DNA from: an uncultured Bacteroidales bacterium
GTDB lineage: Bacteria; Bacteroidota; Bacteroidia; Bacteroidales; UBA1402
Assembly: GCA_964438045.1 (NCBI GenBank)
Contig: CAYTIY010000002.1
Location: forward strand, 1 to 44,483
Direction of reading: 5' to 3'
Length of the DNA: 44,483 nt
In this document: one piece after another, positions 9,385-20,895 of the stretch
Position numbering within the stretch: the stretch's first letter is position 1
How the letters are laid out: each line of letters opens with the position of its first letter
Position numbers and translations under genes: made by a program
Notes under the pieces: model-generated
The model's database searches: none
Told to the model about the DNA's origin: nothing
What the model saw: the letters and a program-made list of their open reading frames with translations, nothing else

Positions 9385-11325
9385 TTAATTTTTATTAACC
9401 GTCTTGACCACTGCCTGATTGATGGTCACAGTGTACTTATTTCGTAATGCTTCCAGCCATTTCTTCTCCAAAAAATTCTGGTAGTCTGAAATGACCAGCC
9501 CGCTGACATCCGAATAATCTTCAGGACCTTTCTTCAGCACACGACCATGCAGAAAAGTTACCGCAAACGCCGTTTCCTGTTTTGTGTTTTTTTGTTTAAA
9601 CACCACCGAATCGACCACAGCATTTTCGCCCATGGCAAACAAGCCCTGCCTTATGCGCACTGTTGGCTGATTTGTGGTATTGAACAAACGATTCAGGTTT
9701 ATCACCACAGAGTCATCCGGTATTTTGTTAATTGCCTTCTTTACCTTGTCGGCCACCGCTTTTGAGGTGCACTCTATCACAAAACCCTTGAAGCGGGGTT
9801 GCTCCCATGCGTAATCAGCCTTATGAGCTGCAAAATAGTTGATCAAGCCGGCCGTATCCAGCGCTGCCTTCTCCCATACCTCCTTGTTGCTTACTTCAAA
9901 CAACAAGATGCCATCCCGGTATTCTTGCATCAAATGTCCGAACTCAGGATATTTTTTTTCGAGTTGTTTGTCTTCAAAGGCAATTACCTTGTCTTTCATG
10001 AAACCGTTGAAAGCATTGTTCACGTTGTTCGCCAAAGAGGGTTTTGCTGACAAATAGGCAGCAAAATCTTTTTGGGCATAGCTCATCGTACCGATGGTAA
10101 ACAAGCGCCTACTCGAAGTCTGCAGGCTCCTGACATCAGATGAGTCTTTCTTGATACGAAGGTTGTCGTACGCTTGAACCATATTGTCGAATGCTTGTTT
10201 GTCGATGGTGCTTCCGTATTCTTTTTTCAACCTTTCCACCAGCATGTCTCTGGGTACCTGCGACCTTTCATCCCTGCTTACAATGGTGTTGATGTCTTCT
10301 CTCATTTCTTCGAGTGAAGGGTATTTCTGAAACTCAAGGGCTTTGACAATATGCCAACCGTAGGAAGACTGGAATGGTTCGGAATACGATCCGACCTTCA
10401 GTTTATTGACAGCATCTTCATATTCGATGGGGAGCGACCCGCAATACAGCATCCCGAATTCTCCTCCACGACCCGACGTACTCTGGTCTTCGGAAGCCTG
10501 CTTGGCCAACCGGGCAAAGTCCTCACCTTTCTTCAATGACTCATATAACTGAAATATAGCTTCTTTGGCTTTTTGTTTGGCTTCGGGTGTATCGGTTTCC
10601 TTTACCATCTTCATAATGTGAGCGGAACGATATTTGCCGTACGCCGGTCGACGGCTGTGCACCTTGATGATATGATATCCGTATTCGGTTCGAAGGGGAG
10701 CGCTTATCGTTCCAACGGGTGTGTTGTATATGCCATTCTCAAACGTATAGAAAAAACGCATTCCAGTGACAAAACCGATGTACCCTCCGTGTGATTTGGT
10801 CACATCGTCTGAATATTGCCTTGCCAACGCAGCAAAATCGGCATTTACGGAAACTGCCTGCTTGTAGACATCCATTGCCTTTTTCCAGGCAACCAAGGTA
10901 TCCTCGGGTGCGGCATCGGGAGCCACACGTATCAATACATGGCTTACCTCCACGTATTCGCGCATCCGGTCGTAGGTTAACCTGGCCACCCATTCCTCAG
11001 CGTCTTTATCGGTCAGATAGGGTGCCACCAACTGGCGTCGGTAACTGTCCAGTTCATCAACAAACGATCGTTTTTTGTCGAGTCCCTGCGATTCAGCTTC
11101 GGCCACTTTCAACTTGAAGTTAACAAACAAGTTCACATAGTCATCAAGCAACTTTTGATCTGTAGAAGTATCGGTGTTGTTCTTTTTCCAGATGTACTGA
11201 AATTCCGACTTTGTTATGTTTTTTTGACCTACGGTCATTATAATGGGATCTTCATGGACCTGGGCGGTCAAGGCAGAGATCACCAACGTCAGGGAAAGGG
11301 ATAAGGCAATTCGTTTCATAGTCAT
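9385..11325 (-). CDS. PpiD/SurA-like parvulin peptidyl-prolyl isomerase with two rotamase domains
   Basis: Two parvulin blocks: 'FAALARQYSDDVTKSHGGYIGFV...EYGYHIIKV' and 'FARLAKQASEDQSTSGRGGEFGML...SYGWHIVK'. Start trimmed to the ATG at 11325 (MTMKRIALSLSL, a signal peptide), because the longer model overlaps guaB. Confidence 0.85.
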   Translation of the reverse strand: MTMKRIALSLSLTLVISALTAQVHEDPIIMTVGQKNITKSEFQYIWKKNNTDTSTDQKLLDDYVNLFVNFKLKVAEAESQGLDKKRSFVDELDSYRRQLVAPYLTDKDAEEWVARLTYDRMREYVEVSHVLIRVAPDAAPEDTLVAWKKAMDVYKQAVSVNADFAALARQYSDDVTKSHGGYIGFVTGMRFFYTFENGIYNTPVGTISAPLRTEYGYHIIKVHSRRPAYGKYRSAHIMKMVKETDTPEAKQKAKEAIFQLYESLKKGEDFARLAKQASEDQSTSGRGGEFGMLYCGSLPIEYEDAVNKLKVGSYSEPFQSSYGWHIVKALEFQKYPSLEEMREDINTIVSRDERSQVPRDMLVERLKKEYGSTIDKQAFDNMVQAYDNLRIKKDSSDVRSLQTSSRRLFTIGTMSYAQKDFAAYLSAKPSLANNVNNAFNGFMKDKVIAFEDKQLEKKYPEFGHLMQEYRDGILLFEVSNKEVWEKAALDTAGLINYFAAHKADYAWEQPRFKGFVIECTSKAVADKVKKAINKIPDDSVVINLNRLFNTTNQPTVRIRQGLFAMGENAVVDSVVFKQKNTKQETAFAVTFLHGRVLKKGPEDYSDVSGLVISDYQNFLEKKWLEALRNKYTVTINQAVVKTVNKN

Positions 11326-11419
11326 GATCTGTTCAGCTTGTCTATTGCACACACAATACACAAACCCAATAACGCAAAAAAGAGGGGAAAATTGTATAAA
11401 ATCGAAAAAACAGTCGGAT

Positions 11420-12913
<1,494 letters not shown>

Positions 12914-12945
12914 TTATTGCGTGCTAATATACATTTTTCTAATGA

Positions 12946-15126
12946 CTAGTTTCCCATTTCGGAAAGAAACTTTATACGCACCAATCGCACTTCTTCTTCC
13001 GAATAATCGCCGCCCATTTCATCGAGTGCTTCCTGAATACTATCGGAGGATGAACTCTTGAAATAATCCATAAGTTCGTCCATATGATCGGCATCCATGA
13101 TCTCGTTTAGAAAATAATCTATATTAATCTTTGTTCCCGAGTAGACGATAGCTTCGATCTCGTCGAGCAATTCGGAAAAATCGAGACCTTTGGTCACGGC
13201 CACATCGTCCAACGCAATTTTACGATCAATAGCCTGAATGATGGAAACCTTAAGTTTGGACTTGTTGGCTACTGTCCGAACGCGTAGATCTTCAGGGCGT
13301 TCAATTTCATTTTCTTCGCAGTGCTTCTTGATGAGAGACAAAAATTCTTCTCCGTAGCGCTTGGCTTTCCCAGCTCCCACACCCGGCACATTTTGCAGTT
13401 CTTCCATCGTAATGGGATAGGTCGTGGCCATTGCTTCAAGCGATGGATCCTGGAAGATCACGTAAGGAGGCAGGTTCAAGCGTTTCGATATGCGCTTTCT
13501 GAGATCCTTGAGCATGGAATAAAGCCCGGGGTCGACAGCACAAGCCGCTCCTCCACGTACAGGTGCTTCTTCTTCTGCGTCTTCAAAATCATTGTCCTCC
13601 GTCACCATAAAGTCGACCGGATTTTTCATGAATTCACGTCCTGCGGGAGTTATCTTCAACAGTCCGTAGTTCTCGATATCCTTGTCCAGGTAACGGCTTA
13701 TCAGCGCTTGGCGAATGACGGCGTTCCATGTTTTATCCTCCTCGTCCGCTCCACTACCGAACACCTCGAGTTCATCGTGTTTGTATGAATTGACCTCCGT
13801 TGTTTCTTTGCCCATCATAACATGGATGACATGGTCGGTCTTAAATTTTTCTTTCAGCGCTGAAACGGTTTCCAACACCGTCAACAACAGTTCTTTTGCT
13901 TCCACCTGTTTTTTAGGATTTAGACAATTATCACAGTTTCCACAACGATCTTGTGTATATGCTTCTCCGAAATAATGCAGGAGCAATCTCCTGCGGCACA
14001 CGGAGGACTCTGCGTACGCGGCTGTTTCCAGCAACAGTTCCTTACCGATTTCCTGCTCGGCAACAGGCTTGCCCTGCATGAACTTTTCCAGTTTCTGCAG
14101 ATCTTTGTTGGAGTAAAAGGTAACGCAAAGACCTTCTCCATCGTCCCTCCCGGCACGTCCTGTCTCCTGGTAATAACCTTCGAGGCTCTTGGGTATGTCG
14201 TAATGAATGACAAAGCGGACGTCCGGCTTGTCAATACCCATGCCAAAGGCAATGGTCGCCACAATGATATCAATCTTTTCCATCAGGAACGCATCCTGAT
14301 TGTCTGAACGTTGTGCCGAATCCATACCGGCATGATAGGGTCTTGCGTTGATGCCGTTTACTTGCAACGTTTCGGCCAATTCCTCAACTTTCTTACGGCT
14401 CAGGCAATAGATAATGCCGGATTTCCCCGTATTGGCCTTGATGAATCGGATAATATCTCTGTCGACGTTTACGGTTTTAGGCCGTACCTCGTAATACAGA
14501 TTAGGACGGTTGAATGACGATTTGAATACCGTGGCATCCATCATACCCAGGTTTTTCTGAATATCGTGCTGCACCTTTGGGGTGGCAGTCGCTGTCAGGG
14601 CAATGATGGGCGCACGTCCAATCTCATTGATCAATGGTCTGATGCGCCTGTATTCGGGTCTGAAGTCATGCCCCCATTCGGAAATGCAATGAGCTTCGTC
14701 AACGGCAAACAGCGAAATAGGTATATTCTTCAGGAACAGCATGTTCTCATCTTTCGTGAGCGATTCGGGAGCTACATAGAGCATCTTTGTCTTGCCCGAA
14801 AGAATATCCGACCTCACCTGATCAATGGCAGCCTTGTTCAGTGATGAGTTGATGAAGTGGGCTACTCCGTCTTCTTCGCTGAAATTGCGCATGGCATCCA
14901 CCTGATTCTTCATCAAGGCAATCAATGGTGAAATAACCACCGATGTGCCCGGCAGCAACAACGAAGGCAGTTGATAGCATAAGGACTTGCCTCCTCCCGT
15001 GGGCATCAGGACAAATGTATCCCTGCCAGCCAGCACGTTGCGGATGATGTCTTCCTGATTACCCTTGAACGAATCGAATCCGAAATGGGTCTTCAAGCTT
15101 TGCATCAATAAGTCCTTTTCTTTCAT
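12946..15126 (-). CDS. recQ: ATP-dependent DNA helicase RecQ
   Basis: 'FGFDSFKGNQEDII', Walker A 'PTGGGKS', 'DEAHCISEWGHDFRPEY', the RQC zinc cluster 'CGNCDNC', and a C-terminal HRDC-like region. Confidence 0.96.
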   Translation of the reverse strand: MKEKDLLMQSLKTHFGFDSFKGNQEDIIRNVLAGRDTFVLMPTGGGKSLCYQLPSLLLPGTSVVISPLIALMKNQVDAMRNFSEEDGVAHFINSSLNKAAIDQVRSDILSGKTKMLYVAPESLTKDENMLFLKNIPISLFAVDEAHCISEWGHDFRPEYRRIRPLINEIGRAPIIALTATATPKVQHDIQKNLGMMDATVFKSSFNRPNLYYEVRPKTVNVDRDIIRFIKANTGKSGIIYCLSRKKVEELAETLQVNGINARPYHAGMDSAQRSDNQDAFLMEKIDIIVATIAFGMGIDKPDVRFVIHYDIPKSLEGYYQETGRAGRDDGEGLCVTFYSNKDLQKLEKFMQGKPVAEQEIGKELLLETAAYAESSVCRRRLLLHYFGEAYTQDRCGNCDNCLNPKKQVEAKELLLTVLETVSALKEKFKTDHVIHVMMGKETTEVNSYKHDELEVFGSGADEEDKTWNAVIRQALISRYLDKDIENYGLLKITPAGREFMKNPVDFMVTEDNDFEDAEEEAPVRGGAACAVDPGLYSMLKDLRKRISKRLNLPPYVIFQDPSLEAMATTYPITMEELQNVPGVGAGKAKRYGEEFLSLIKKHCEENEIERPEDLRVRTVANKSKLKVSIIQAIDRKIALDDVAVTKGLDFSELLDEIEAIVYSGTKINIDYFLNEIMDADHMDELMDYFKSSSSDSIQEALDEMGGDYSEEEVRLVRIKFLSEMGN

Positions 15127-15138
15127 CGTACTTTGTTA

Positions 15139-16377
15139 TCAGGCACTTTTTAAACGAGCGTGACTTAAAGCCTCCACCTTCTCTTTTGCGTAATCCAATG
15201 TAATCAACAATGTTTGCTGACCACTTGAAGGAGTCTCATACATGGCGTCCATGATGATGGTCTCCGAAATAGCCCTTAGTCCCCTTGCTCCTAGCTTAAA
15301 CTCAACGGCCTTGTCTACAATGTATTCCAGCACTGCCGGTTCAAATTCAAGGGACACATGATCCATATCAAACAGTTTGACATATTGCTTGATAATCGAG
15401 TTCTTTGGCTCAGTCAGTATCCTGCGTAACGCATCCCTGTCCAATGGATTCAAGTACGTCAGGATGGGTAATCGCCCGATTATTTCGGGTATCAGTCCAA
15501 ACGACCGGAGATCCAATGGAGAGACATATTGCAGGAAGTTGCCCCTGTCAACGTGTTGCGTATCCTTGGTCGCACCATAACCCACCACCTTGGTGTTGAG
15601 TCGGGACGCTATTTTCTTTTCAATACCTTCAAAGGCTCCTCCACATATGAAAAGTATGTGTTTCGTATTCACGGGAATCATCTTCTGATCCGGATGTTTG
15701 CGACCTCCTTGCGGCGGCACGTTGACCACAGAACCTTCCAGCAACTTCAGCAATCCTTGTTGAACACCTTCTCCACTCACATCACGGGTGATGGAAGGAT
15801 TGTCCCCTTTACGGGCTATCTTGTCCATCTCGTCAATGAAAACAATGCCCCGTTCGGCGGCGGCAACATCGTAATCGGCCACCTGTAACAACCGGGTCAA
15901 TATGCTCTCGATATCCTCACCAACGTATCCGGCCTCGGTCAAGACAGTGGCGTCCACAATGGTAAAAGGCACGTGAAGTTTACGTGCGATGGTTCTAGCC
16001 AGCAGTGTTTTCCCTGTACCGGTAGGTCCAACCATCAGAATGTTGGATTTCTCAATCTCAACATCGTCACCTGTGTCTTTCTGCAACAGCCGTTTGTAGT
16101 GATTGTACACGGAAACAGACAGAAATTTCTTCGCATCATCCTGTCCGATGACAAACTCATCCAGAAAAGCCTTTATTTCCTTTGGTTTTGGCAAATCTTC
16201 CCCATCCACGACAAATGCATTCTTTGACGGTTTGCGTTTGCCCTTGATGTCAGTGATCATTTCATACGCCCGTTCAGCGCAATCGGTGCAGATATTTCCG
16301 GTAATGCCACTGATCAGTAAATCGACCTGATCCCTGTCTCTGCCGCAAAAACTGCATTTATCCTGATTCTTTGCCAT
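15139..16377 (-). CDS. clpX: ATP-dependent Clp protease ATP-binding subunit ClpX
   Basis: N-terminal zinc finger 'CSFCGR...CTDC', Walker A 'GPTGTGKT', and '[10 protein letters not shown]'. Confidence 0.97.
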   Translation of the reverse strand: MAKNQDKCSFCGRDRDQVDLLISGITGNICTDCAERAYEMITDIKGKRKPSKNAFVVDGEDLPKPKEIKAFLDEFVIGQDDAKKFLSVSVYNHYKRLLQKDTGDDVEIEKSNILMVGPTGTGKTLLARTIARKLHVPFTIVDATVLTEAGYVGEDIESILTRLLQVADYDVAAAERGIVFIDEMDKIARKGDNPSITRDVSGEGVQQGLLKLLEGSVVNVPPQGGRKHPDQKMIPVNTKHILFICGGAFEGIEKKIASRLNTKVVGYGATKDTQHVDRGNFLQYVSPLDLRSFGLIPEIIGRLPILTYLNPLDRDALRRILTEPKNSIIKQYVKLFDMDHVSLEFEPAVLEYIVDKAVEFKLGARGLRAISETIIMDAMYETPSSGQQTLLITLDYAKEKVEALSHARLKSA

Positions 16378-16378
16378 C

Positions 16379-17044
16379 CTATTTGGTGCGTGTCATTACA
16401 TCATCAATCATGCCATAGGCCTTGGCTTCGGTGGCCGTCATCCAGTAATCCCTGTCTGAGTCCTTTTCGATTTGCTCAAAGGGTTGTCCTGAATGGTCGG
16501 CAATGATCTGATACAGTTCCTTTTTCATCTTTTGAATCTCCCTGGCTGTGATTTCAATGTCGGAAGCCTGACCTTGTGCGCCTCCCATCGGCTGATGTAT
16601 CATCACCCTTGAATGTTTCAGCGCAAAGCGTTTACCGCTGGTTCCCGCTACCAACAACACAGCAGCCATAGATGCCGCCATTCCTGTGCAGATAGTGGAT
16701 ACCGGACTGGAAATGAATTGCATGGTGTCATAAATGCCCAAACCGGCATACACACCGCCACCCGGTGAGTTCAGATACAATGAAATGTCCTTGCCTGGGT
16801 CACAGGAATCCAGGTATAGCAGTTGGGCTTGTACGACATTGGCTGTGTAGTCATCAACCTGAGTGCCCAGAAATATGATTCGATCCATCATCAGACGTGA
16901 GAACACATCCATTTGTGCCACATTCAACTGCCTTTCCTCAATGATTGTCGGTGAGATGTAGTTGCTGGTGATTTTCATGAAATCATCCAATGCCGTACCG
17001 CTCATGTTCAAGTGACCGGTGGCGTATTTTCGAAAATCCTTCAT
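16379..17044 (-). CDS. clpP: ATP-dependent Clp protease proteolytic subunit ClpP
   Basis: 'DRIIFLG', catalytic Ser context '[12 protein letters not shown]', and 'MIHQP'. Confidence 0.96.
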   Translation of the reverse strand: MKDFRKYATGHLNMSGTALDDFMKITSNYISPTIIEERQLNVAQMDVFSRLMMDRIIFLGTQVDDYTANVVQAQLLYLDSCDPGKDISLYLNSPGGGVYAGLGIYDTMQFISSPVSTICTGMAASMAAVLLVAGTSGKRFALKHSRVMIHQPMGGAQGQASDIEITAREIQKMKKELYQIIADHSGQPFEQIEKDSDRDYWMTATEAKAYGMIDDVMTRTK

Positions 17045-17159
17045 ACAATTCGTCTTGATTTAACGTAACTTACCTATTGAAACCTAAGGCCATTCCATTG
17101 AAAGTGGTAAAACCCCTCAACGGGCGGTACCGACTTTCTTTGTATGTTTGGCCGGAAAA

Positions 17160-17167
17160 CAAATTTA
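17160..17167 (-). promoter_or_regulatory. Candidate -7 box (TAAATTTG) for clpP-clpX
   Basis: The minus strand reads TAAATTTG, with a TTTG 21 nt upstream (17189-17192). This would give a ~115-nt leader to the clpP ATG at 17044. Confidence 0.3.
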
Positions 17168-17186
17168 TAAATAAAAAAAGGAGTTC

Positions 17187-17226
17187 AACAAAAAAATTGG
17201 CCGTGAAATGGATTTCACAGCCAATT
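17187..17226 (-). terminator. Rho-independent terminator downstream of tig (symmetrical, possibly bidirectional)
   Basis: A 13-bp stem with one mismatch, AATTGGCCGTGAAA / TTTCACAGCCAATT, around a 4-nt loop. It is followed on the minus strand by TTTTTGTT and flanked by T-rich sequence on the plus strand. Confidence 0.6.
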
Positions 17227-17276
17227 ATTTTTATTCAAACGTCAAACGGCTTTCCAACGTCGTTCTTACGTTTTTA

Positions 17277-18629
17277 TCAAGCATAAAGCTTGTTGAAATC
17301 TTCGATACTTGTCGTTTTGGAAGAAAGCTTGATCGTATTCTTCAAATAACCGGAAACTACGGCACTCATAGCCTGATCGATGATATTCCGCCTTGACTCT
17401 TCTTTTTTAAGCATGTCGGCGGCATAGCTGGCAAGCAAATCTTCGGGCACATTCATCATGCCGTATTGGGCAAATTGTGCACGTGTTACTTTCTTTGATG
17501 TTTCCAGCAGGTCTTCATCGGTAACCGTCAGGTTGTTTTCCTTAACAATCTGTTCTTTCATCAGGTGCCATTTCAAATCTTCAATCATGGCAGGCATGTC
17601 CTTGTCCACCGATTCCTGAGTTTGACCTTCTTTCGTTGTGAGCACCCAGCGCTTCAAGGCCTCAACCGGGAACACAACATCATCAAGTTTCTTGAGCAAT
17701 ACATTTTTGGCATCGATCATGAAACGATAGTCGCTTTCCGGCACGAACTGAGCCTGGATTGATTCTTTTACTTTTTCGCGGAAGGCCTCGACTGTGGTGA
17801 CCACGCCTTCACCATAAATTGAGTCAAACAACGCTTGATTCAATTCTCCTTCTTGATAGCGGGTGATTTCCTTGACCTCGAACGTAAAATCGGAGGTGAT
17901 GGTTTTAGCCACATCTTTCGCCACATGGAGAAGCGAGGCAATTTCGGCTTCAGCATTGTCGTATGCGACTGCAGGGTTGAACACCACGGTGTCACCTACT
18001 CCCAATCCAATAAATTTTGCCTTTTCTGCTTCGTTCTTCAGGTAAGCAGGCATCAATACGGCGTCCTCGACGCTCAGTCCCTCAATTCCAACGGTGCCAT
18101 CGGCAAGGACTTCGATGAGTCTACCCTTCACAACATCCTTTTCATCCGAAACATCCACCTGTGTGTACGAACCGTTTCTGGAGGCAAGGTTTTTCACTTG
18201 ATCGTCCACCATGTCTTCGGTAACGTCAATGGTATAATAGGTGACTACGTCCTTTTTGTTGAGCGTAAACGAAATTTCAGGGGAAAGAGCAACATCAAAC
18301 CGGAACGTGAAAGCCTCCTGGCTGTTGAAGTCGACGGTTGGCTGATCCAAGCTGGGAAGCGGCTCACCCAAAATGTTCAGTTTATTTTCCTTGACATAAT
18401 TGAACAACGCTTCTGAAACCAAGTTTTGTACTTCCTCAGCCAATACAGCCTTACCATACATCTTGTTTATCAGGCCTGCAGGCACGTTGCCTGGACGAAA
18501 GCCGGGAACCTGGGCTTTTTTCCGGTAATTCTTCAGGGCTTTTTCAACTTTTTCCTGATAATCGGTTTTGTCCAGTTCAATTGTAATGACGGCATTTACC
18601 TGATCGATAACTTGTTTGTCTACCTGCAT
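17277..18629 (-). CDS. tig: Trigger factor
   Basis: N-terminal ribosome-binding signature 'VPGFRPGNVP', a central FKBP-like region and a C-terminal helical domain. Start trimmed to the ATG at 18629 (MQVDKQVIDQ...). Confidence 0.93.
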   Translation of the reverse strand: MQVDKQVIDQVNAVITIELDKTDYQEKVEKALKNYRKKAQVPGFRPGNVPAGLINKMYGKAVLAEEVQNLVSEALFNYVKENKLNILGEPLPSLDQPTVDFNSQEAFTFRFDVALSPEISFTLNKKDVVTYYTIDVTEDMVDDQVKNLASRNGSYTQVDVSDEKDVVKGRLIEVLADGTVGIEGLSVEDAVLMPAYLKNEAEKAKFIGLGVGDTVVFNPAVAYDNAEAEIASLLHVAKDVAKTITSDFTFEVKEITRYQEGELNQALFDSIYGEGVVTTVEAFREKVKESIQAQFVPESDYRFMIDAKNVLLKKLDDVVFPVEALKRWVLTTKEGQTQESVDKDMPAMIEDLKWHLMKEQIVKENNLTVTDEDLLETSKKVTRAQFAQYGMMNVPEDLLASYAADMLKKEESRRNIIDQAMSAVVSGYLKNTIKLSSKTTSIEDFNKLYA

Positions 18630-18649
18630 AATTGTAAAAATTTGAGCCG

Positions 18650-18680
18650 CAAAATTACATTTATTCTTTGAATTGACAAA
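18650..18680 (-). promoter_or_regulatory. Bacteroidetes sigma-A type promoter for tig (TTTG - 19 nt - TAATTTTG)
   Basis: The minus strand has TTTG (18680-18677), a 19-nt spacer, then TAATTTTG (18657-18650). The -7 box ends 20 nt upstream of the ATG at 18629. Confidence 0.5.
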
Positions 18681-18787
18681 ATGAATGCCTTTATGATAAT
18701 TATAATGATTCTTTGGTTGGTAACAATGCATTCGATTTGATATTTCTTTCCTTTTTTGCACCTTTGAGCCAAAATACCTGCTACATC

Positions 18788-19879
18788 ATGAAACGTATCG
18801 TACTTTATTCAGTTTTTGCCTCTCTGTGTTTACTGAACACTGTTGCCGGAATAGCGCAAGATGCATCTTCGAGTTCAACCAAGGGCATTGTCATTGTACC
18901 TGAAGTAAAAAAACAAAAAGGGTCTTCTTTTAACGAAAAGGAGTTGTCCGGATATGTCATGGTCTATTTCAAGGATCAGACACATTCGGCCTATATGGCC
19001 ATCAGTTCAGACGGTTACAACTTCACCGACCTAAACGGGGGAAAACCCATCTTTATCGGATCCGAGCTGGCCGAGCAAAAAGGAATCCGCGACCCGCACA
19101 TCGCACGTGGTCCCGATGGTGCCTTCTATCTGGCCATGACAGACCTTCACATCTCCGGAAAACGAGCCGGATTCCGAGATACAGAATGGCAACGTCCCGT
19201 GGAAAAGTACGGTTGGGGCAATAACCGTGCCTTGGTATTGATGAAGTCGTATGACCTCATTCACTGGACACACGCTGTTTTCCGTGTGGATTTGGCCTTT
19301 CCGGAACTAGGCGACATTGATTGTTCCTGGGCTCCGGAAACCGTTTACGATCCAATCAAGAAAAAAATGATGGTATATTTCACCATCCGTTACGACAACA
19401 AAGAGTGCCACATGTATTATTCCTACGCCAACGAGGCATTTACCAAACTGGAGACTTCGCCAAAAAAGATAACGGAAATCGGAGGCATCGACGGTGACAT
19501 TACCAAGGTTGGAGACATGTATCAACTATTTTATGTCTCGAACGCCAAGATCCTGCATTCGGCATCCGACAAAATCAACGAAGGGTTCAAGTCAGGTGAT
19601 AAGCGTATCGATCCAGAAAGCGTTTCAACTGAAGCGCCCAATCTGTTCAAGCGACTGGGCTCCAATTCGTACATATTGATGTATGATGTTTATGGAGCTC
19701 GCCCCAACAATATGGGATTCAGTGAGACAACCGACTTTGTCACCTATAAGAATCTGGGACACTTCAACGAAGGAGTGATGAAGGGAACCAATTTTGAACG
19801 TCCCAAACACGGTGCGGTGACCTACATGACAGCCAAGGAGCTTAAAGCCATAGCTGCCTATTGGAACATTTCCCTGTAA
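18788..19879 (+). CDS. Secreted glycoside hydrolase, GH43-like five-bladed propeller
   Basis: Signal peptide MKRIVLYSVFASLCLLNTVAGIAQD. 'IRDPHIARGPDGAFYLAMTD' and 'WAPETVYDP' blocks typical of GH43-type enzymes. Start trimmed to the ATG at 18788. Confidence 0.65.
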   Translation: MKRIVLYSVFASLCLLNTVAGIAQDASSSSTKGIVIVPEVKKQKGSSFNEKELSGYVMVYFKDQTHSAYMAISSDGYNFTDLNGGKPIFIGSELAEQKGIRDPHIARGPDGAFYLAMTDLHISGKRAGFRDTEWQRPVEKYGWGNNRALVLMKSYDLIHWTHAVFRVDLAFPELGDIDCSWAPETVYDPIKKKMMVYFTIRYDNKECHMYYSYANEAFTKLETSPKKITEIGGIDGDITKVGDMYQLFYVSNAKILHSASDKINEGFKSGDKRIDPESVSTEAPNLFKRLGSNSYILMYDVYGARPNNMGFSETTDFVTYKNLGHFNEGVMKGTNFERPKHGAVTYMTAKELKAIAAYWNISL

Positions 19880-19887
19880 TTCATCTG

Positions 19888-20823
19888 ATGAATAAGGCTT
19901 CGGTCATAGGACAGGTGGCACGGCTCATGTTTGCTCTTCTCGGAGGCATGTTGCTGGCCTGGGTGGCCACCTGGGTGATTCTGCTTATCCAGACTTCCTT
20001 TGATGTACAGGTGGCACTCGGACAGGCAAACCGATTGCTGGAAGACACCGGAATGCTTCGGTTGGTCCAAGGAGTCCAATCGCTGAGTTTATTTGTCATG
20101 CCTCCTTTCCTCCTGTGCCTGATCAACCACGAGCACCCCGCCGATGTCCTTTCATTCCGCAAAGCCTCGGGGCGGCACATAATGCTGGCAGTCATCAGTT
20201 TGATAGCCGCCATGCCTTTGATCAACCTGTTGGTCACGTGGAACGAAAGTATGCGTTTGCCGTCATACCTGCATCAATTGGAAGAGTGGATGAGGGTTTC
20301 AGAAAAAACGGCAGCCGACCTGACCCAACGGATGATGTCGGGGACAGCGTGGCATGACCTTGCCTTCAGCCTAATTGTCGTAGCACTCCTGGCCGGCTTT
20401 GGTGAAGAACTACTTTTCAGGGGATTGCTACAGGGCATGCTGGTTCGGATATTGGGAAAGAAGCACCGAACCGCGGATGGCAAGGTTCCCTCATGGGTCA
20501 AGCACACAAGCATCTGGACGGTAGCCTTCCTTTTCAGCGCCATCCACCTTCAGTTTTTCGGATTCTTCCCCCGTTTGTTGCTGGGAGCCTGGTTTGGTTA
20601 TCTGTTGTGGTGGACGGGGTCCATCTGGGTGCCCATTCTGGCTCACATGAGCAACAACGCCCTATCCACCGTTTTCTTGTTCGCGAAAAACAACGGCTGG
20701 ATCTCGGTTGACCCGGATCAATTCGGAACCAACGAGACGGGGTGGACCAGTGTGGTTTCGATACTCTTGTTGGCTGCCTGTGTGGTCTTGTTTAAACAGA
20801 AACGATTGTCAGCCGGGAAATAA
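19888..20823 (+). CDS. CPBP-family (CAAX/Abi) intramembrane glutamic endopeptidase
   Basis: Polytopic membrane protein with 'GFGEELLFRGLLQ' and the later 'FSAIHL' and 'ILAHMSNN' motifs. The ORF-track start at 19861 is a TTG overlapping the GH43 stop; the first ATG is at 19888. Confidence 0.8.
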   Translation: MNKASVIGQVARLMFALLGGMLLAWVATWVILLIQTSFDVQVALGQANRLLEDTGMLRLVQGVQSLSLFVMPPFLLCLINHEHPADVLSFRKASGRHIMLAVISLIAAMPLINLLVTWNESMRLPSYLHQLEEWMRVSEKTAADLTQRMMSGTAWHDLAFSLIVVALLAGFGEELLFRGLLQGMLVRILGKKHRTADGKVPSWVKHTSIWTVAFLFSAIHLQFFGFFPRLLLGAWFGYLLWWTGSIWVPILAHMSNNALSTVFLFAKNNGWISVDPDQFGTNETGWTSVVSILLLAACVVLFKQKRLSAGK

Positions 20824-20847
20824 GCGATAACAGGACGGTAAAATGTG

Positions 20848-20855
20848 TACTTTTG
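20848..20855 (+). promoter_or_regulatory. Candidate -7 box (TACTTTTG) for the PBP1A gene
   Basis: TACTTTTG matches TAnnTTTG, 40 nt upstream of the ATG at 20896. It lies inside the longer GTG-initiated ORF model, which argues for the shorter start. Confidence 0.35.
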
Positions 20856-20895
20856 CGCAACAATTACCAAGAAGATCAACGATAGATTTACCAGG

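Noticed and set aside
17835-18416. A 193-aa ORF antisense to tig. Similar antisense ORFs occur at 13321-13788 (recQ), 12356-12793 (guaB), 15529-15888 (clpX), 36491-36931 (rpoN) and 7648-8088 (surA).
   Set aside because: All are embedded in strongly supported genes on the other strand. None has recognisable motifs, a start context or an upstream promoter box, so they are treated as shadow ORFs.
19916-19934. A TGGCAC...TTGC sigma-54 promoter-like string (an rpoN gene is present in the window).
   Set aside because: The GG-to-GC spacing is about 4 nt longer than the canonical TGGCACG-N4-TTGC, and the string lies inside the CPBP protease coding region.
12946-20823. RecQ helicase, ClpXP and the CPBP/Abi-like protease as possible components of an anti-phage system.
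   Set aside because: These are canonical full-length housekeeping versions in the conserved tig-clpP-clpX-recQ arrangement. The CPBP gene has no bacteriocin or immunity partner. Nothing suggests defence function beyond the domain names.
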